IMG/VR virus record: IMGVR_UViG_3300031565_000009
Length of the DNA stretch: 14,640 nucleotides
Source: a virus
Lineage: Duplodnaviria; Heunggongvirae; Uroviricota; Caudoviricetes
Direction: 5' to 3' (one strand)
In this document: in pieces, positions 13,509 through 14,640 of the stretch
How positions within the stretch are numbered: the first letter of the stretch is position 1
How the letters are laid out: each line of letters begins with the position of its first letter
Translations under genes and position numbers: made by a program
Notes under the pieces: generated by a model
Databases searched by the model: none
What the model saw: only the letters and a program-made list of their open reading frames with translations
Told to the model about the DNA's origin: nothing

Positions 13509-13996
13509 AGGACTCCCTCTTTCTGCAACTTGGCTGTCAGTCGTTCCAGAATCTCCATACGTGGCGTGACGTGCCCATGACCCAGACAGGGCCAATAATC
13601 GTGTAGTGCCTCGTGGACAATCAGCATGGCCAGTTCGTGCTGCGTCGAGTGCGCTACTGCTTCGATGTCAAGCGTGATTCCCGGCACCAGTGGGTTGTTG
13701 CAGCCGAGGATTTGCCACCCCTTTCGGTTCTGCGGAATGCACGTCACGCACACGTCGAACGGCCCAATGCGCTTGTAGCGTCGAATCGTGTAGTCCAGGA
13801 CGCCTTGCAGGTCCGGGTCATCGCAATGGGCGCGGAGTATGCGGAGGTGACTGACGGCTCGGTCCACAAGAATCTGCTCGACGGCACCACCGGAATTGAT
13901 GAAGTACGACGCTGCGCCGAGAAGCAAGGGCATGGAAAGCCAGAATAGGACAGCGAGAATCACGCCCTTCAACAGCCGAAGACTAGATTTCACCAT
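13505..13996 (-). CDS. Membrane-anchored protein with HExxH (zincin-like) motif
   Basis: N-terminal hydrophobic helix VILAVLFWLSMPLLLGAASYF; LIVHEALHDYWPCLGH at 13601-13615; AAGGAG RBS before ATG at 13996. Confidence 0.75.
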   Translation of the reverse strand: MVKSSLRLLKGVILAVLFWLSMPLLLGAASYFINSGGAVEQILVDRAVSHLRILRAHCDDPDLQGVLDYTIRRYKRIGPFDVCVTCIPQNRKGWQILGCNNPLVPGITLDIEAVAHSTQHELAMLIVHEALHDYWPCLGHGHVTPRMEILERLTAKLQKEGVL

Positions 13997-14426
13997 TATC
14001 TTGTGCTCCTTTTCGATCAAGGTAGACCTTAGCCGGCGGCTCGTACTTGACGGCTCGGTAGTAGCCGGTTACATCTGTGCCGAATGAACAGCCGTCACAC
14101 TTCAGCCATTTGAACAGGTCGTTGGGGACTGGCTGAATGAAGCCGTAGGAAGGCACGCCTTGCAGCCGAGTGGCAGCCACGCGGCAAGGAAAACGGAAGC
14201 CCTCCCAAAGAGCGGTTTTGAGGTATTGTGTTACGCCTAGTTGATCGGATACGTCGCCAGGGAGCAGGATGTCGGGCGGGAAGTAGATCACGCTGTCACC
14301 CGCCTGAAACTGGCCTTTGAGAATGATCGTCTGGGTGCCCGCCACGCGAGCGATCTCCAGCCGGTCGGCATTCGGATGCGACTCGACGCTTTTGATCTGT
14401 TCGATGGTGACGGTAACTTCCGACAT
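13983..14426 (-). CDS. N-terminal (OB-like) domain of a DRB0094/Rnl2-family RNA ligase, catalytic domain absent
   Basis: IEQIKSVESHPNADRLEIARVAG..IILKGQFQAGDSVIYFPPDILLP...RLQGVPSYG...DVTGYYRAVKYEPP; stops at 147 aa with no KxxG nucleotidyltransferase motif. Confidence 0.8.
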   Translation of the reverse strand: MSEVTVTIEQIKSVESHPNADRLEIARVAGTQTIILKGQFQAGDSVIYFPPDILLPGDVSDQLGVTQYLKTALWEGFRFPCRVAATRLQGVPSYGFIQPVPNDLFKWLKCDGCSFGTDVTGYYRAVKYEPPAKVYLDRKGAQDNGEI

Positions 14427-14479
14427 GGGCGCAGGGTCCTAGATAGTTGGCGACTTGTGGACGGGTTTGAGGCGAACGC

Positions 14480-14500
14480 CTCTATGAGAGTCGGGGTCAA
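14480..14500 (-). promoter_or_regulatory. Conserved intergenic motif, copy C (TTGACCCCGACTCTCATAGAG)
   Basis: 20/21 identical to the copy at 7526-7546; intergenic, 53 bp upstream of the ATG at 14426. Confidence 0.7.
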
Positions 14501-14516
14501 AGTGACCAGGGATGGC

Positions 14517-14639
14517 TCAACTATTGCGAGCGTTTTCGCCTGCGGGGCACTCGCGCTTGCAGGCTTCCAAGAACAACAGGATGTCGTTCAGATGGCCGAA
14601 GTAGTTGATGTGCCTCTTCTTGGGTAGGGCCTTGAATAA
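14517..14639 (-). CDS. 3' end of a hypothetical protein starting outside the window
   Basis: ...LFKALPKKRHINYFGHLNDILLFLEACKRECPAGENARNS*, open from the window edge. Confidence 0.6.
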   Translation of the reverse strand, partial: LFKALPKKRHINYFGHLNDILLFLEACKRECPAGENARNS

Positions 14640-14640
14640 C

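Noticed and set aside
13509-13595. N-terminal extensions in the ORF track for deoC (13595), also NDT-HNH (13086), SEC-C (11763) and the histone-like protein (6871)
   Set aside because: They overlap upstream genes in other frames; internal ATGs with an RBS or stop-start overlap fit better.
2512-14627. Numerous plus-strand ORFs of 60-190 aa (e.g. 2512..3048, 3500..4006, 5943..6506, 12966..13469)
   Set aside because: All lie antisense to well-supported minus-strand genes; long shadow ORFs are expected at this GC content and none shows a recognisable motif.

Overview
This is a gene-dense segment (about 59% GC by eye) with every supported gene on the minus strand. Genes are tightly packed, with many ATGA/TGATG stop-start overlaps and many small orphan ORFs. 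That architecture and the gene content point to the accessory/metabolic region of a large phage or prophage (inference; no structural or integrase genes lie in the window). In transcription order (right to left) it contains: a partial ORF; a stand-alone N-terminal domain of a DRB0094-type RNA ligase; a membrane-anchored HExxH protein; deoC (deoxyribose-phosphate aldolase) translationally coupled to a nucleoside-deoxyribosyltransferase/dNMP N-glycosidase-like domain that is fused in frame to an HNH-AP2 endonuclease; DUF2061; a SEC-C protein; a PD-(D/E)xK nuclease; a PQ-loop protein; a beta-class DNA methyltransferase with a non-canonical DPPD motif; an FmdB-type zinc ribbon; a protein with a histone-like tail; a DEDDh exonuclease carrying two extra zinc ribbons; an FkbM methyltransferase; a radical SAM enzyme; several small hypotheticals; and a collagen-like protein that runs off the window. 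A near-identical 17-21 bp motif occurs in three intergenic gaps. The most interesting signal is the deoC + N-glycosidase-like/HNH module. No tRNA, rRNA or CRISPR array was recognised. All family calls come from motif recognition by eye, not database searches.
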